Shown here in pieces: positions 39,970-53,056 of a stretch of 64,000 bases of DNA. The stretch's first letter is position 1. Each line of letters starts with the position of its first letter. The position numbers and the translations under genes are program-made. The notes beneath the pieces were generated by a model. That model did not search any database and had not been told where the DNA came from. It worked only from the letters and a program-made list of their open reading frames with translations. The stretch comes from Eledone cirrhosa (Eukaryota): NCBI GenBank assembly GCA_964016885.1, contig OZ024741.1, forward strand, positions 134,974,001 to 135,038,000. Reading direction: 5' to 3'.

Positions 39970-40724
39970 GATGAGTTCGTCTATTCACTAATATTTCGTA
40001 TTTATTTTTCAAAATAGTCGATGATCTTCTTTAAAAGTTACGACAAAGTTCTGTCAGAATCAAATTTAAAGTTATTCACAGCTTGGGTAATATTTCTTTT
40101 CAGTTAGTTTTTAATTCTACAACTGTGTTTTAAACGTTGTTCTTGAATCGTTTGAATCGAGAACAAAAAGAACCGTTACTTAGTATATTCCTTTATGAAT
40201 GTAATATAATATAACAACGCGGTATTTATACGTTAAAGTTTATGTATCATTCATATAAATAGGTGTTCTACAACCTATTCACAACATATTCACAGTTCAA
40301 ACACTTATATTTTTGTTTCTGAATCGAAAACGTTACTTGTATATTTCTTTATAAATGTAATATAACAACGTTGCATTTATATGTTAAAGTGTATGTATCG
40401 TTCATATGTCATAAGTGTATGTATCGTTCATATAAATAGGTGTTTTACAACACACTTACAGTTCAAACACTTATGTAGAATTATTGTATGTAATCTTACC
40501 GCGTAATGTAGCTCAACTTTTTCCAATATATGGTATGTTGCCTTCATGTAAGCCGTAATTACACACGTCCGATTATCGGACACTGACCACAACGGTCGCC
40601 ATTATGTATGTATGTATGTATATATGTATGTATGTATGTATGTATATATGTATGTATGTTGCCTTCATGTAAGCCGTAATTACACACGTCCGATTATCTG
40701 ACACTGACCACAACGGTCGCCATT

Positions 40725-40931
40725 ATGTATGTATGTATGTATGTATGTATGTATGTATGTATGTATATATGTATGTATGTATGTATATATGTATGTATGT
40801 ATATATATATGTATGTATATATATATATATATGTATGTATATATATATATATGTATGTATATATATATATGTATGTATATTTATGTATGTATGTATGTAT
40901 ATATATATATGTATATATATGTATATGTATG

Positions 40932-40966
<35 letters not shown>

Positions 40967-41057
40967 GTATGTATGTATATATATATATGTATATATATAT
41001 GTATGTATATATATATATGTATGTATATATATATGTATGTATATATATATATGTATG

Positions 41058-41090
<33 letters not shown>

Positions 41091-41134
41091 GTATGTATAT
41101 ATATATATATGTATATATATATGTATATGTATGT

Positions 41135-41175
<41 letters not shown>

Positions 41176-41215
41176 TATGTATATGTATATATGTATGTAT
41201 GTGTATATATATATG

Positions 41216-41248
<33 letters not shown>

Positions 41249-41631
41249 ATGTATGTATGTGTGTATGTATGTATGTATGTATGTATGTATGTATATATAT
41301 GTGTGTATATATATATATATGTATGTATATATATATATATGTATGTATGTATATATATATATATGTATGTATGTATATATATATATATGTATGTATATGT
41401 ATGTATATATATATATGTATGTATATATATATATGTATGTATATATATATATGTATGTATGTATATATATGTATGTATGTATGTATGTATATATATGTAT
41501 GTATGTATATATATATGTATGTATGTATGTATATATATGTATGTATATGTATGTATGTATGTATATATATATGTATGTATATGTATGTGTATGTATGTAT
41601 ATATATATGTATGTATGTATGTATATGTATG

Positions 41632-41678
<47 letters not shown>

Positions 41679-41913
41679 ATATATATATATGTATGTATAT
41701 ATGTATGTATGTATATATATGTATATGTATGTATGTATATATATATATATATGTATATGTATGTATATGTATGTATGTATATATATATATATGTATGTAT
41801 GTGTATATGTATGTGTATGTATATATATATATGTGTATGTGTATGTATGTATATATATGTGTATATGTATGTATATATGTATATATGTATGTATGTATAT
41901 ATATATATGTATG

Positions 41914-41946
<33 letters not shown>

Positions 41947-41985
41947 ATATATATATATATATGTATGTATATATATATATGTATG

Positions 41986-42042
<57 letters not shown>

Positions 42043-42121
42043 GTGTATGTATATATATATATGTATGTATGTATATATATATATGTGTGTATGTATATAT
42101 ATATATATATGTATGTATATG

Positions 42122-42166
<45 letters not shown>

Positions 42167-42265
42167 ATATGTATATATGTATGTATATGTATATGTATGT
42201 ATATATATATATATGTATGTATATATATATATATATATGTATGTATATATATATGTATGTATATT
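40725..42265. repeat. 1.5-kb mixed (TA)n/(TATG)n microsatellite
   Basis: Almost uninterrupted purine-pyrimidine alternation. Confidence 0.95.
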
Positions 42266-42269
42266 TATG

Positions 42270-43253
42270 TCAGGTCACCAGTTGGTGCTACTGGTAACAT
42301 GTATCCCAGTACAACCTGTCCCATGGTCGGGTCGTTGGCGACTAAACTGGCAACCCCACCAAGGTTTCTTGGTGAGGAGGGTGACTTTGGACATCCTGCA
42401 GGACTAAAAACAAAACCTGTCAAAGGGCAAAGGAGCTCTTAAGAGTCAATGGCCATCCAAAATCACCGGGAGAGATGACCCCTTAGCCTTTGTCAAGGCA
42501 GAATTCTAGGAGAAGGAAAACTCTGATATAACACCTGCAATCCTGATGGTATCCAATGATGTTGACTTGTTCTTCTTTTTGGTAAATATCATCTTGGTTA
42601 AGAGAGTGGGACTGGCTTTGTGCAGTGCCTTTGCACACTATAAAAGCTTCACGGCACAGGCATTGCTTTATATCTGGAGATCTCTCTGCACTTGTCGTCA
42701 CATGGTACCATGGGCCCAGCACTATGTGTCAATAATTGTCACAAGTGTAGTGTTTGTACCAGAGTTTTCAAGTCGCTGGCTGGACTAAAAATTCACACTC
42801 ATTCAGCGCATCAGAAGGGGTTCTCCTACATGGATATAAAGTAGTGGCCGTACTCGAAAACGAGTTGGCAGCCACCATGTATGTATGTAGGAAAACTCTG
42901 ATATAACACCTGCAACCCTGATGGTATCCAATGATGTTGACTTGTTCTTCTTTTTGGTAAATATCATCTTGGTTAAGAGAGTGGGACTGGCTTTGTGCAG
43001 TGCCTTTGCTCACTATAAAAGCTTCACGGCACAGGCATTGATATATATCTGGAGATCTCTCTGCACTTGTCGTCACATGGTACCATGGGCCCAGCACTAT
43101 GTGCCAATAATTGTCACAAGTGTAGTGTTTGTACCAGAGTTTTCAAGTCGCTGGCTGGACTAAAAGGTCACACTCGTTCAGCGTATTGGTAGGGGTTCTC
43201 CTACATAGATATAAGGTAGTGGCCGTACTCGAAAACGAGTTGGCAGCCAACAT
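42270..43253 (+). mobile_element. Non-autonomous RTE-derived element with a 375-bp tandem duplication of its 3' part and (ATGT)n tails
   Basis: CTAGGAGAAGGAAAACTCTGA motif at ~42506. 42515-42889 is repeated at 42890-43253, each copy ending GGCAGCCA(C/A)C(ATGT)n. Confidence 0.65.
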
Positions 43254-43489
43254 GTATGTATGTATGTATGTATGTATGTATGTATGTATGTATGTATGTA
43301 TGTATATCATTATTGTTCATACGCATATATTTTTCATACACAGGGATCACCACATGGAGGTGAATTTGGTTCTGTACCCAACAGATATTATGTCAAGTAT
43401 TGTGTGGCCGTGACTAACAAAAACATAAGGCCAGAAATATTTTGGGGTAAGGTGGAGTGGGAGAGAAATATACATTGTATTGAACCCAG

Positions 43490-43640
43490 TGACGGAATGG
43501 TATTTTATTTTACCGATCCCCGGAGTGATAAAAGGGAAATTTTACCTAGGTGGGATTTGAACTCAGAACGTAAAGAGACGTAACAGAGTGCCGGAAGGCA
43601 TTCTGTCCGGTGCTCTAACGATTCTGTCAATTCACTGTCC
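43490..43640 (-). mobile_element. Degenerate SINE (Meta-like family)
   Basis: GAGTTCAAATCCC B box; similar to 25735-25920. Confidence 0.65.
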
Positions 43641-43904
43641 TAAACTCTAGCTTAATAATATCTATGGTCACCAGATCTATAGATGGTAGTAATACACTTG
43701 GGGAAACTTGGTGACCCTGGTCATTGACCTCTGTCCAGCATTGTGTGATTGTCATGAGTCTTTCGCCAAGATTGCACATTCTTTACATGACTTTACATGG
43801 CTGGGTAATTGTTCAGTTCTACGGTGCTATGCATTGTCAAAGAGCAGATTGTGTTCAAGGCGCTCTCCTGTGGTTATTCTAAAGTGTAAAGTCTGTTTCG
43901 AGCC

Positions 43905-44170
43905 TAGAGGTTCAATTGGCCGGTGCTTATCCTTGTTTCCGTGGTGATAAGCGTCTGAGAGTACAAGACTGCCCCACTGGACACGACGCCAGTCCATCGC
44001 AAGGTTAAACTACGCAACCAGTGCTGGTATTCATTTTCAGCTGAGTATACTGGAGCAAAGTGAAATGAAGTGTTTTGCTCAAGAACACAACACACAACCC
44101 AGTCCAGGAATCGAACCCACGACATTATGATCGTAATTTCAACACCCTAACCACAAGGCTATGCGCCTCC
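43905..44170 (-). mobile_element. tRNA-derived CORE-like SINE
   Basis: TAGCCTTGTGG A box, GGTTCGATTCC B box, TGTGTTCTTGAGCAAAACACTTCATTTCAC. Confidence 0.8.
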
Positions 44171-44237
44171 ATTATTGCTATGGTTGACAAAAAATTAACT
44201 GTAGAAGCTGTTGTTCTACTAGCTGACATTAGCAGCG

Positions 44238-44276
<39 letters not shown>

Positions 44277-44277
44277 G

Positions 44278-44376
<99 letters not shown>

Positions 44377-44799
44377 AATTCAGAACGGAATCTGATTAAA
44401 ATATTTAAACTAATGGCTGGCCGACATTTCACAAGAATTCAGATAAGTTGTGTTAGTGTAAAGAACGAAGGATTAAAGATAAATTGTTACAGTATAAAAT
44501 ATCGAATTCATAAAAGTTAGATTATAATCAGAGATGTACGTTTGCTGCATCGAATATTTAAATTATGCATGGAGAGTGTAATGCTAGTATAACATATTCT
44601 TTTAATGGGGTCAATCCTAAGACTACGGCCATATTAGGGTACCGCTTTCATTTAATCGGTCGCATCGACATTAAAACTTATTTACTTTTTTAAAAAAGGC
44701 TGGTACTTATTTCAACAAACTCATTTTTTTATTGAAAAACACAAGCGCAGATACAAACTTAAACATCAACACACATTCACATACTAGACACACACGCAC

Positions 44800-44837
<38 letters not shown>

Positions 44838-44885
44838 GAAAGGTATAGAAAACATTGTAGCAAAAAGCCAACAGTATTCCATAAT

Positions 44886-44951
44886 ATCAGTTCTGTTTAT
44901 ATATATATAGTAATAATAATAAATGTGAAAACTGTTATTTTAATAAATAAA

Positions 44952-45010
<59 letters not shown>

Positions 45011-45067
45011 TAAAATAACAGTTTTCACATTTATTATTATTACTATATATATATAAACAGAACTGAT
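44886..45067. repeat. ~64-bp perfect inverted repeat around a (TA)n loop
   Basis: 44886-44949 versus 45004-45067. Confidence 0.9.
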
Positions 45068-45410
45068 TTTTCCCTGCTACTACCACTGCTGGTAAGGCTA
45101 TGGTCAGCACTAAGAGAGAAAGAAAGAAAACTACAGACAAAAATGTGAACTTTTCTCCCTAAATATGTATGTAAAAACAATTTTTTCACCATATTCTTAT
45201 TATTCCTATTAATATGCAATTTAATTGCATTATACACTTTCGCTGTTGAAAAAGCGTATTAATTAATGCGGAAATTCCTATTTTCTAAATAAATGTTTTG
45301 ATGTTATTTTGAGAGAAAATCCCTGTAGAATTTTCTACTGTTTTTCTTCTTTTTTAACTAATTTTTATATATATCAACTCGTGTGTCACTTCTCTACATT
45401 CTATATATAT

Positions 45411-45708
<298 letters not shown>

Positions 45709-46235
45709 AGGGGTTCACCACTGGATAGAACTGGTCATTCTCTTTAGTTAACCATGATGTATTAGTAGGAAAAGCACTTTAAGTTACACAACTCTTCCAA
45801 GTTGATGTTGAATCCCGTGGCTTGTGCAGGAACGGAGTTAAATACTGGTTTGATTAATACAACAGAAGTCCGGAATGGTGATATTCCTTTAAAGTTTTAT
45901 TGTTGCAAAATCACTATACATATTTCAATAGCCTGGTTACGTAAGATCCTGGCAATATCATCAGGTTCGGATTACATAATTAGTTAATCGATAAAGGCAT
46001 TACGTCATACACAAACAGAGAAAGTACAGAAAAAATATTTGATTCGGGGACGGCCTGCGATCTAGGTATTATCATTGTTGCAGACGATCCCGAATGGCAG
46101 GATGGTGAATGCAAAGTATTGTGGGTTTGGTAGGTGTTGGGCTAGTATATTGGGAACATACATCCTGTTTTTTTAAAGATATAGCGACCGGGGCGGGGGC
46201 TTCGTTCTGCGTGAAGATAGACTGGCCAAAACCAG

Positions 46236-46266
<31 letters not shown>

Positions 46267-46273
<7 letters not shown>

Positions 46274-46554
46274 TAATATTTGATGAACATTTACATGTTA
46301 TAGTTGCAATTGACTAATAAGATCGCTAGAGTGAAAAATCTTAATTCAACAACATAAGGTCTGCCTGTACGATCTAGAAAATAATAAATCAATACTCAAG
46401 GCTTTTTGCCCATATGAGTCTGTGAGTATTGATTTATTATTTTCTAGATCGTACAGGCAGACCTTATGTTGTTGAATTAAGATTTTTCACTCTAGCGATC
46501 TTATTAGTCAATTGCAACTATAACATGTAAATGTTCATCAAATATTAATTTATA
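46267..46554. repeat. Perfect ~132-bp-arm palindrome with 24-nt spacer abutting (TA)n
   Basis: 46267-46398 versus 46423-46554. Confidence 0.92.
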
Positions 46555-46661
46555 CTGCTCAGAAGCGATTCCTAGAGCTGAAATGATTGTAAATGACCTC
46601 TCTGAGTCTAAACTCTAAGCTATTTATTTATTTATTTATTTATTTATATATATATATATAC

Positions 46662-47589
46662 AGATATTATTCTTGATGAATCGTCTAATAAAGTGGATCT
46701 GCCTTGGTGCCATCCCTGATACCCAGTGTGTATTCAGAGCTGGGAGGGGTACTATGGACATGGTACTCGTCAGCTTATGGAGAAGTGTGTTGAGCAGCAA
46801 GTGCCACTATACGAAGTATTTGCGGACCTTACCAAAGCCTTCGATACTGTTAATTGTAGTGCATTGTGGGTAACTTGGATGACCTCATGAATTTGTTGGA
46901 ATATTCAAAAACCTCCATCAAAATAGGAAAGCAAAGGTGAACTTCAATGGGACACTTTCAGAGCCAATTTCAGTGGAAAACGGTGTCAAGCAAGGTGATA
47001 TACTGCACGTAGTCCGCTCTCCATACATCACCTGTATTGAGAGGAGGATTTCTATGAACCAGATGCGCTGGACTGATTTTCTGGTCAGGATGGAAGATAA
47101 AAGGCTGCCCAAACAGTTATTTTATGGGGAGCTGACCAGAGGAAAAATTCCACAGCATAAACCAAAGAAGTTGTTTAGGGATATCATAAAAGACAATCAA
47201 AGCTCTAAAGATTGATATAGAGAACTGGATGAGACTAGCTGAAGACAGTACACCATGGAGAATGATCTCCAAGTATGAGAAAAAGCGAGAGGTGCAATGT
47301 GTATGGCCAATTCTTTCTATCAAGAGCTGGATTTGTCAACCATCTGAAATCATACGAGGCAGGGAGAAATCGAGCCACTTGGGAGATAGTTCTATCACCA
47401 CGCACTCCATGGTACGTTTGCAGTGAGTATGGCTTAATTTGCATGTCAGCTAGTGGACTAACCAGACACGCAGACAGTTCAAGTGTCATATCTGTGAATG
47501 TGCCAGCAAAACAAAGGGATATGAAAATCACCCGCATGCACATGATCGTTCAATGAAGTGATGACACTCTTCTGACAAGAGGCAGCAAC

Positions 47590-47590
<1 letters not shown>
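46662..47590 (+). pseudogene. Degenerate RTE/BovB-like LINE RT fragment with internal deletion
   Basis: PDTQCVFRAGRGTMDM, EKCVEQ..LY.VFADLTKAFDTV, VENGVKQGDIL, RW...VRMEDKRLPKQLFYGEL. Confidence 0.85.
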
Positions 47591-47659
<69 letters not shown>

Positions 47660-47664
<5 letters not shown>

Positions 47665-47845
47665 AACCAGTAAGACCCCGACAGCCGAGCTCAAGCCGTT
47701 TCGACGGCTAATTCTGGACGTCGAAACGGCTTGAGCTCAGCTGTCGGGGTCTTACTGGTTCCTATTACCCATTCTACTACCTCAAGTATTGAGTACTTTG
47801 GTGCGTTATGGTCCACCTTGTTCCTTACCACATTTCCTTCGTTAT
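47660..47845 (+). mobile_element. PLE terminal fragment folded back inside hammerhead stem II (same family as 45411)
   Basis: Palindrome 47660-47765; the tail 47765-47845 is homologous to the reverse complement of 45411-45490. Confidence 0.75.
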
Positions 47846-48169
47846 ATATATATACATGCTACAGTCAAATCAACGTAGACTGCAATTAATGTATCCCCAT
47901 ATTTCTTAACAATCAACACTGGGACAATTTTGGTGGAATGTATACTGTGTGTAGCTTATGTTTCTCTCGCTTCTTCTTTAGTCTACCAATTACTATCTAA
48001 ACTAGAATCCTGTTCATATTTGCTCCACTGGATAGGCCTTAGTAGATAGCTGCTAAGTTTCTTATAAAATTCTATCAAGTTATTTCACGGTTAATAAGCA
48101 GTGTTTGGCGAATATCAGTTTTACTAACTGAAAAACAGATGTGTGTGTTGAAACTCCGTAGGTTCTGAC

Positions 48170-48487
48170 AACTAGTGTTCCAGTTGTTCCAGTTGTTCCA
48201 GTTGTTCGAACAACAGGACAGCTTGTTCATGAAATTAACGTGGCAGTAGTTGAGCATTCCACAGAAACGCGTAATCTTAACATTGTTCTCAGGCAGATTC
48301 AGCATGATAAAGTGTATGACAAGACTAGCCGTTTGAATTACAAGTACAACCCCTTTTTTCTCTAGCTAAATGGATCAACGTGAAATAAAGTGTCTTGCTC
48401 AAGGAAACAACAAACCGCTAGGAATCGAACTTTCGAGCTTACGATCGTTGATTGAGCACCCTAACTACTAAAGGCAAGTGCCTTCAC
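48170..48487 (-). mobile_element. tRNA-derived CORE-like SINE
   Basis: GTGAAGGC..TAGTAGTTAGGG, GTTCGATTCC, CCTTGAGCAAGACACTTTATTTCAC, and 3' (AACAACTGG)n. Confidence 0.75.
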
Positions 48488-49891
48488 TAAATGTCCATAG
48501 AGTGTGTAATGTTGATATCGAACATAGTGAATGTGAGACAAATAAATAAAGATATCAAATTCTACACAGTGATAGGTTGATCAAGTGTTTTTATAGAATA
48601 TCAGTTAAACTATCACTGAGAATGAGAGAGGACAGTAAGTGAAAGAGAGAGAGAAAAGAAACCTACTTATGAAGCATATGTTCCACAGCTTAGCTGTTGT
48701 TAAGAGTTACCTGCATTTAGAAATGGAATCAAAGAGGCTGTTATTAATGCTATAAATCCTCATAAATATTTTTTCTTATCCTGCTGTTGTATTTTTGTAT
48801 GTTGTATGTCTGTTCTCCTTTTGTCAAGTAAATTTGAGTCACTCTCATTAGACCAAAGTACCTGAAAACGCCCCTCATTATACGATTTTAAAGTGACTAT
48901 ATTATCTAAAACATTCCATCATGATTTCATATCAGAACCTTTGCTGTGTTCCAAAAATCAGTATAAATGTTTCATTATTTTCAAAATCATCTGAAAATCA
49001 TTGACAGTCTTTCATGAGAAATAAGGTAATGAAAAGGTTCATGTGATTATATTTATCTAAAAACCTTCCGCCTTAATTCTGCGTAAAAACCTTTATGTTC
49101 CAAACATCAACTTAATAATGAGAAAGTTAGTTACGTTAATTATATAACTAAATGCCTCTAAATTCATGATTTTATTCCAAATTATTTGAAGATCGTAGAC
49201 TGTGTCTTTGATTAGAAATATAGTAACGAAAGGATAAAAAATTTGCAACTGGTTTATTTTAAATAGGGTTAATGCTTATTTAGAGAAAGTAGGGCAGCGC
49301 CCACGATCTTTTCATTGTCCCGAGTATAAAAGTATAAACATATATATAAACATATATGTAGTTGTTTTAGATTGTCCATTCCTCCATGGGCCCTAACTTC
49401 CGATGGAGTCGTAGATGTGTTGTTGTAAAATGGGATGTGACTTAAGTATTTAAAACTAGCGGAGTCCATCCTTCACATATGCGATTTCTTCCAGACAAAG
49501 AAATAGATAGAGAATGAGAGAAAGAAATAGAGGAAAGCGTTCTATCTGATATTCTAACAAATCCCTGAAAACATTAATTTTCCCCAAATGAAACCATTGA
49601 TTTCTTCTCTGTCTGAAACTTGATGTAGGTGGAGAATTACTTGTATCTCATGGATGTGGGTGACAGGTAATGGAGTCACTTGTAAAGACCTATTTATGAT
49701 GAGCTTAGGATAAGGTGAGTGTGAATAGACGTAATGTCTTCCGTCATTCAATATAGATTCTTGATTCCTTCACTACTAAGTAGGTAAATTATTTTAAACA
49801 AAATCTGCGTCGATCTGGAATTAAATAATCAGAAGAAATCAATACTAATTTTCGTCAAATTGTATCTCTCTCTCTTCCTTTCTGTCTGTCT

Positions 49892-50003
<112 letters not shown>

Positions 50004-50081
50004 CATATGTATATATATATATACATACACATATATACAAATATACATATATATATATATATTAATATATATATGAATACG

Positions 50082-50173
<92 letters not shown>

Positions 50174-50454
50174 CATACAAACACACACACATATATTCGT
50201 AAACACACACTCAAATATGTAAATGCTTATGTATCATATATAACATATAGCTTTTATATAATTTGCTGTAGTAAATATATTTAATGTATACAATGTTGAA
50301 ATGTTTCCTGTAGAAAGAGAATAGAAATCAGAGATTTCGTTACTGAAATGTTACACACATATTTACATGCATGAAAATATGCACGCAAGGAAAAGACGAA
50401 CGAATTGTATTACACGCACACATGATTTGTTGAACATCCACCGGTTCCAGGATG

Positions 50455-50685
50455 AGTATTCCAGTTGTATGAATAATGGAACAGCCTGTTCGTAAAGTTG
50501 ACAAGCAAATGGTTGAGCTTTCAACTGACACACGTAGTTGTCATGGAGATGCGCCGTGACACAACTCATTTTTACCATCAAGTGGAAATAAAGCGTCATG
50601 TTCAAGTACACAAGGGACCACAAGAAATCGTAACCACGACCATACGATTGAGAAGCAAGAACCTAACCAATAAACCAAGCACTTT
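50455..50685 (-). mobile_element. Degenerate SINE
   Basis: Similar head and CAACTGGAA 3' module to the other copies. Confidence 0.5.
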
Positions 50686-50735
50686 CACACACGCACACAC
50701 ACACATACACACATATGTATATGTTGTATATATAT

Positions 50736-50962
50736 ATATAAGTTGAAACAATGAAATAAAAAAATCAAGTCATTAGAGATATACTTCACTGCTTTACGAT
50801 CGTTTCTAGATGGTGATAATACATTGTATCTATACTTGTAAACTTACATAGATCAATAACTGAGTATAGTTACGATGTATTATCACCATCTAGAAACGAT
50901 CGTAAAGCAGTGAAGTATATCTCTAATGACTTGATTTTTTATTTCATTGTTTCAACTTATAT
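50736..50962. repeat. Fold-back palindrome containing a hammerhead 3' half
   Basis: Arms ~50736-50824 and 50875-50962. Contains GAAA-CGATCG-TA-AAGCAG, but the CUGANGA half is missing. Confidence 0.85.
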
Positions 50963-51090
50963 CATGACTGTTTTCCTTTTAATGTTTTATTGTTTTCTGA
51001 GATTTATCTTAACCTACAACATTTTCAACATATGGATTGCATTGAGCTCTTCATACAGCATATACCCCACAACTTACAGTGGATACCTCC

Positions 51091-51255
<165 letters not shown>

Positions 51256-51566
51256 AGTTTCAGAAGATCCCGTTAAGGGTGAAAGCAGCGATTCTTTGCT
51301 TAAACTTTAATCTGTTATTTTAATAAATATATATATATATATATATATATAAAAACAAATAAAAACAAATAACGAAACGAAATTAAATTTCGTTTCGTTT
51401 GTAACTCACTTTTGTATGACTGACGCTTAAACAATTAAGTTAAAGATGTACATCCATATATGTATACTGAAATACTAGTATGTATATGAATACACACACG
51501 TATACATATGTAGATGTACCAAGTTTTTTTCACTGGTCACTTTACTGTGAGTATCCAGCTATTCTG

Positions 51567-51620
<54 letters not shown>

Positions 51621-51709
51621 ATATATATATATATATATATACATATGTATATTTATATGTTGTATTAAGGTTGGTGGCTGTGGGGGGGGGGGGGTAGGAG
51701 AGAGGAGGA

Positions 51710-52270
51710 GATGAGCTCGTGGATGGTGGAGGACACGAGTTGTTGGTAGCCAGGAGTGAGGTCGGAGGATAACGGGCGGTAAAAAAGGATATTATGAAGC
51801 TGGTGGAGAGTCTCAGCCCTATAGAGGTCAGCACTCTAAACCACCACAGCGCCACCTTTGTCAGCGGGTTTGATGACAATGTCATCGCGACGCCGAAGGT
51901 TGCGAAGAACGGAGAGCTCAGTTCGCGTGATGTTAGAGCGACGAGAATGCTGGTGGAAACGGAACCAATTCCCAGTACGCCGGCAGGTATCGACAAAGGA
52001 GTCGAGGGTGCTGAACTGGCCAGAGCTCGGCGTCCAATGTGATTGCCGGTGACTGAGACGAGTGAAGTCATCCGTCTGTGTCGATGATGGCGTGTCGCGA
52101 AAAAAAGCTTTCAGCTTTAATCGACGGAAGAACCCTTCAATCTAGGCATGTGTGCGGAATTCGTCGCAGGTAGATGTGGGTGGTATAAAACGCAAATCAC
52201 GGGCGAGGAAGGAACGCTCAGCTTCGGAGAGTGGTAGGTCCTGGGGTATGGTGACTACAGTGCAGGGACG
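51710..52270 (-). pseudogene. PLE ORF N-terminal fragment with stops
   Basis: Manual translation: VVTIPQDLPLSEAERSFLARDLRFIP...FFRRLKLKAFF...SNITRTELSVLRNLRRRDDIVIKPADKGGAVVV*. Confidence 0.8.
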
Positions 52271-52679
52271 TGAGGGAGTGAAAGAGGCGGAGGTGGAGGG
52301 GTCAAGATGGTTGGGCAAAGCGTGTGCAAATTCAGTGGTGGGGAGAGGAAAGGGGGTGGTAGGTGACGGGATAGAGGGGTTAGTGTTGGAGGTGATATGA
52401 GTATGGGTGGTGACGGCAGGCGGGAGCGGAGAGAGTCGAGTTTGTGGTTTTTTTACGGAAGTGAGGAAATTGAAAAAGAGGCGATTGAGGTAAGGATGAA
52501 TTGGATAAGGGAATTGGCGAGGAAAGGGTTTTTCTAAAAAAATAAATCATACACAAAACGCCAGCACCAACAGTTTTGCAAGAGATGTCAACATGAATGG
52601 ACCTGTTATTTTTTATCTAAAGACATTTTTTCCAATTCCATCCCGCCCGTCGCCTCAATCTATCTTATTTCTCATTCTT

Positions 52680-52715
52680 TCTTCTGATGAAGGACTAGCG
52701 TTCGAAACGTTAAGA
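52680..52715 (+). ncRNA. Minimal type I hammerhead
   Basis: TCTT-CTGATGA-AGGACTAGCGTTC-GAAA-CG-TT-AAGA (ACGT palindromic stem III). Confidence 0.7.
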
Positions 52716-52793
52716 CCCTCTTCCTGCTATATCAAGCGTTAACCTAATATATACCTTCCATTGTACCGGTTGTGTTGTTATTTCTGTTTACCT

Positions 52794-52825
<32 letters not shown>

Positions 52826-52835
52826 CATACATACA

Positions 52836-52870
<35 letters not shown>

Positions 52871-53056
52871 GCAGACCCATCGAAACCGGTCATTTTTTAT
52901 ACCCTTTATTATTTCCTTACCTTATAAAATTATATGTTTTTTCACAAAAAAGTATTCTGTCTCTTATATATTCCATGTGCCATTACCAACCTCAATTTTC
53001 TCTATAACCTTCGTTTTGTGTAGTAAATTACACTTTTCATATATATATATATATAT

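Larger units (their letters stand above)
36383..40603 (-). mobile_element. Near full-length R4/Dong-clade non-LTR retrotransposon (RT plus restriction-like endonuclease), two frameshifts, inserted in (TACA)n
   Basis: ORF pieces 38740-39969, 37857-38762 and 36464-37849: NYRPIAC, WLDYQKAFDSVPH, GIFQGDSLS, FFVDDLKLY, YRYLG, RLY..RKEGGRGL, CRLC...SHIVASC, RHD, NRPDIV, VEISCP. (TATG)n on both sides. Confidence 0.92.

Noticed and set aside
40500-40603. HDV-like ribozyme at the RLE element 5' end
   Set aside because: Starts GGCGACC but I could not assemble the P1/P2/P3/P1.1 double pseudoknot; only simple hairpins.
40725-42442. 520-570-aa ORFs (MYVCMY...)
   Set aside because: Stop-free microsatellite artefact.
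45912-45968. Hammerhead on the minus strand (CTGATGA...GAAATATGTATA)
   Set aside because: The core is present but stem I has about 2 bp and stem II closes with a mismatch; at best decayed.
49630-49714. Plus-strand exon (TAG|GTGGAG...GATAAG|GTGAGT)
   Set aside because: Stops in all frames over the full length and a weak polypyrimidine tract; no supporting neighbours.
51258-51290. CAGAAGA-TCCC GTTAA GGGT-GAAA hammerhead relic
   Set aside because: Core U4 is mutated and there is no stem I or cleavage triplet.
51559-52400. ORFs 51559..52071, 51794..52042 and 52152..52400 as genes
   Set aside because: Off-frame or antisense shadows of the disrupted PLE N-terminal frame.
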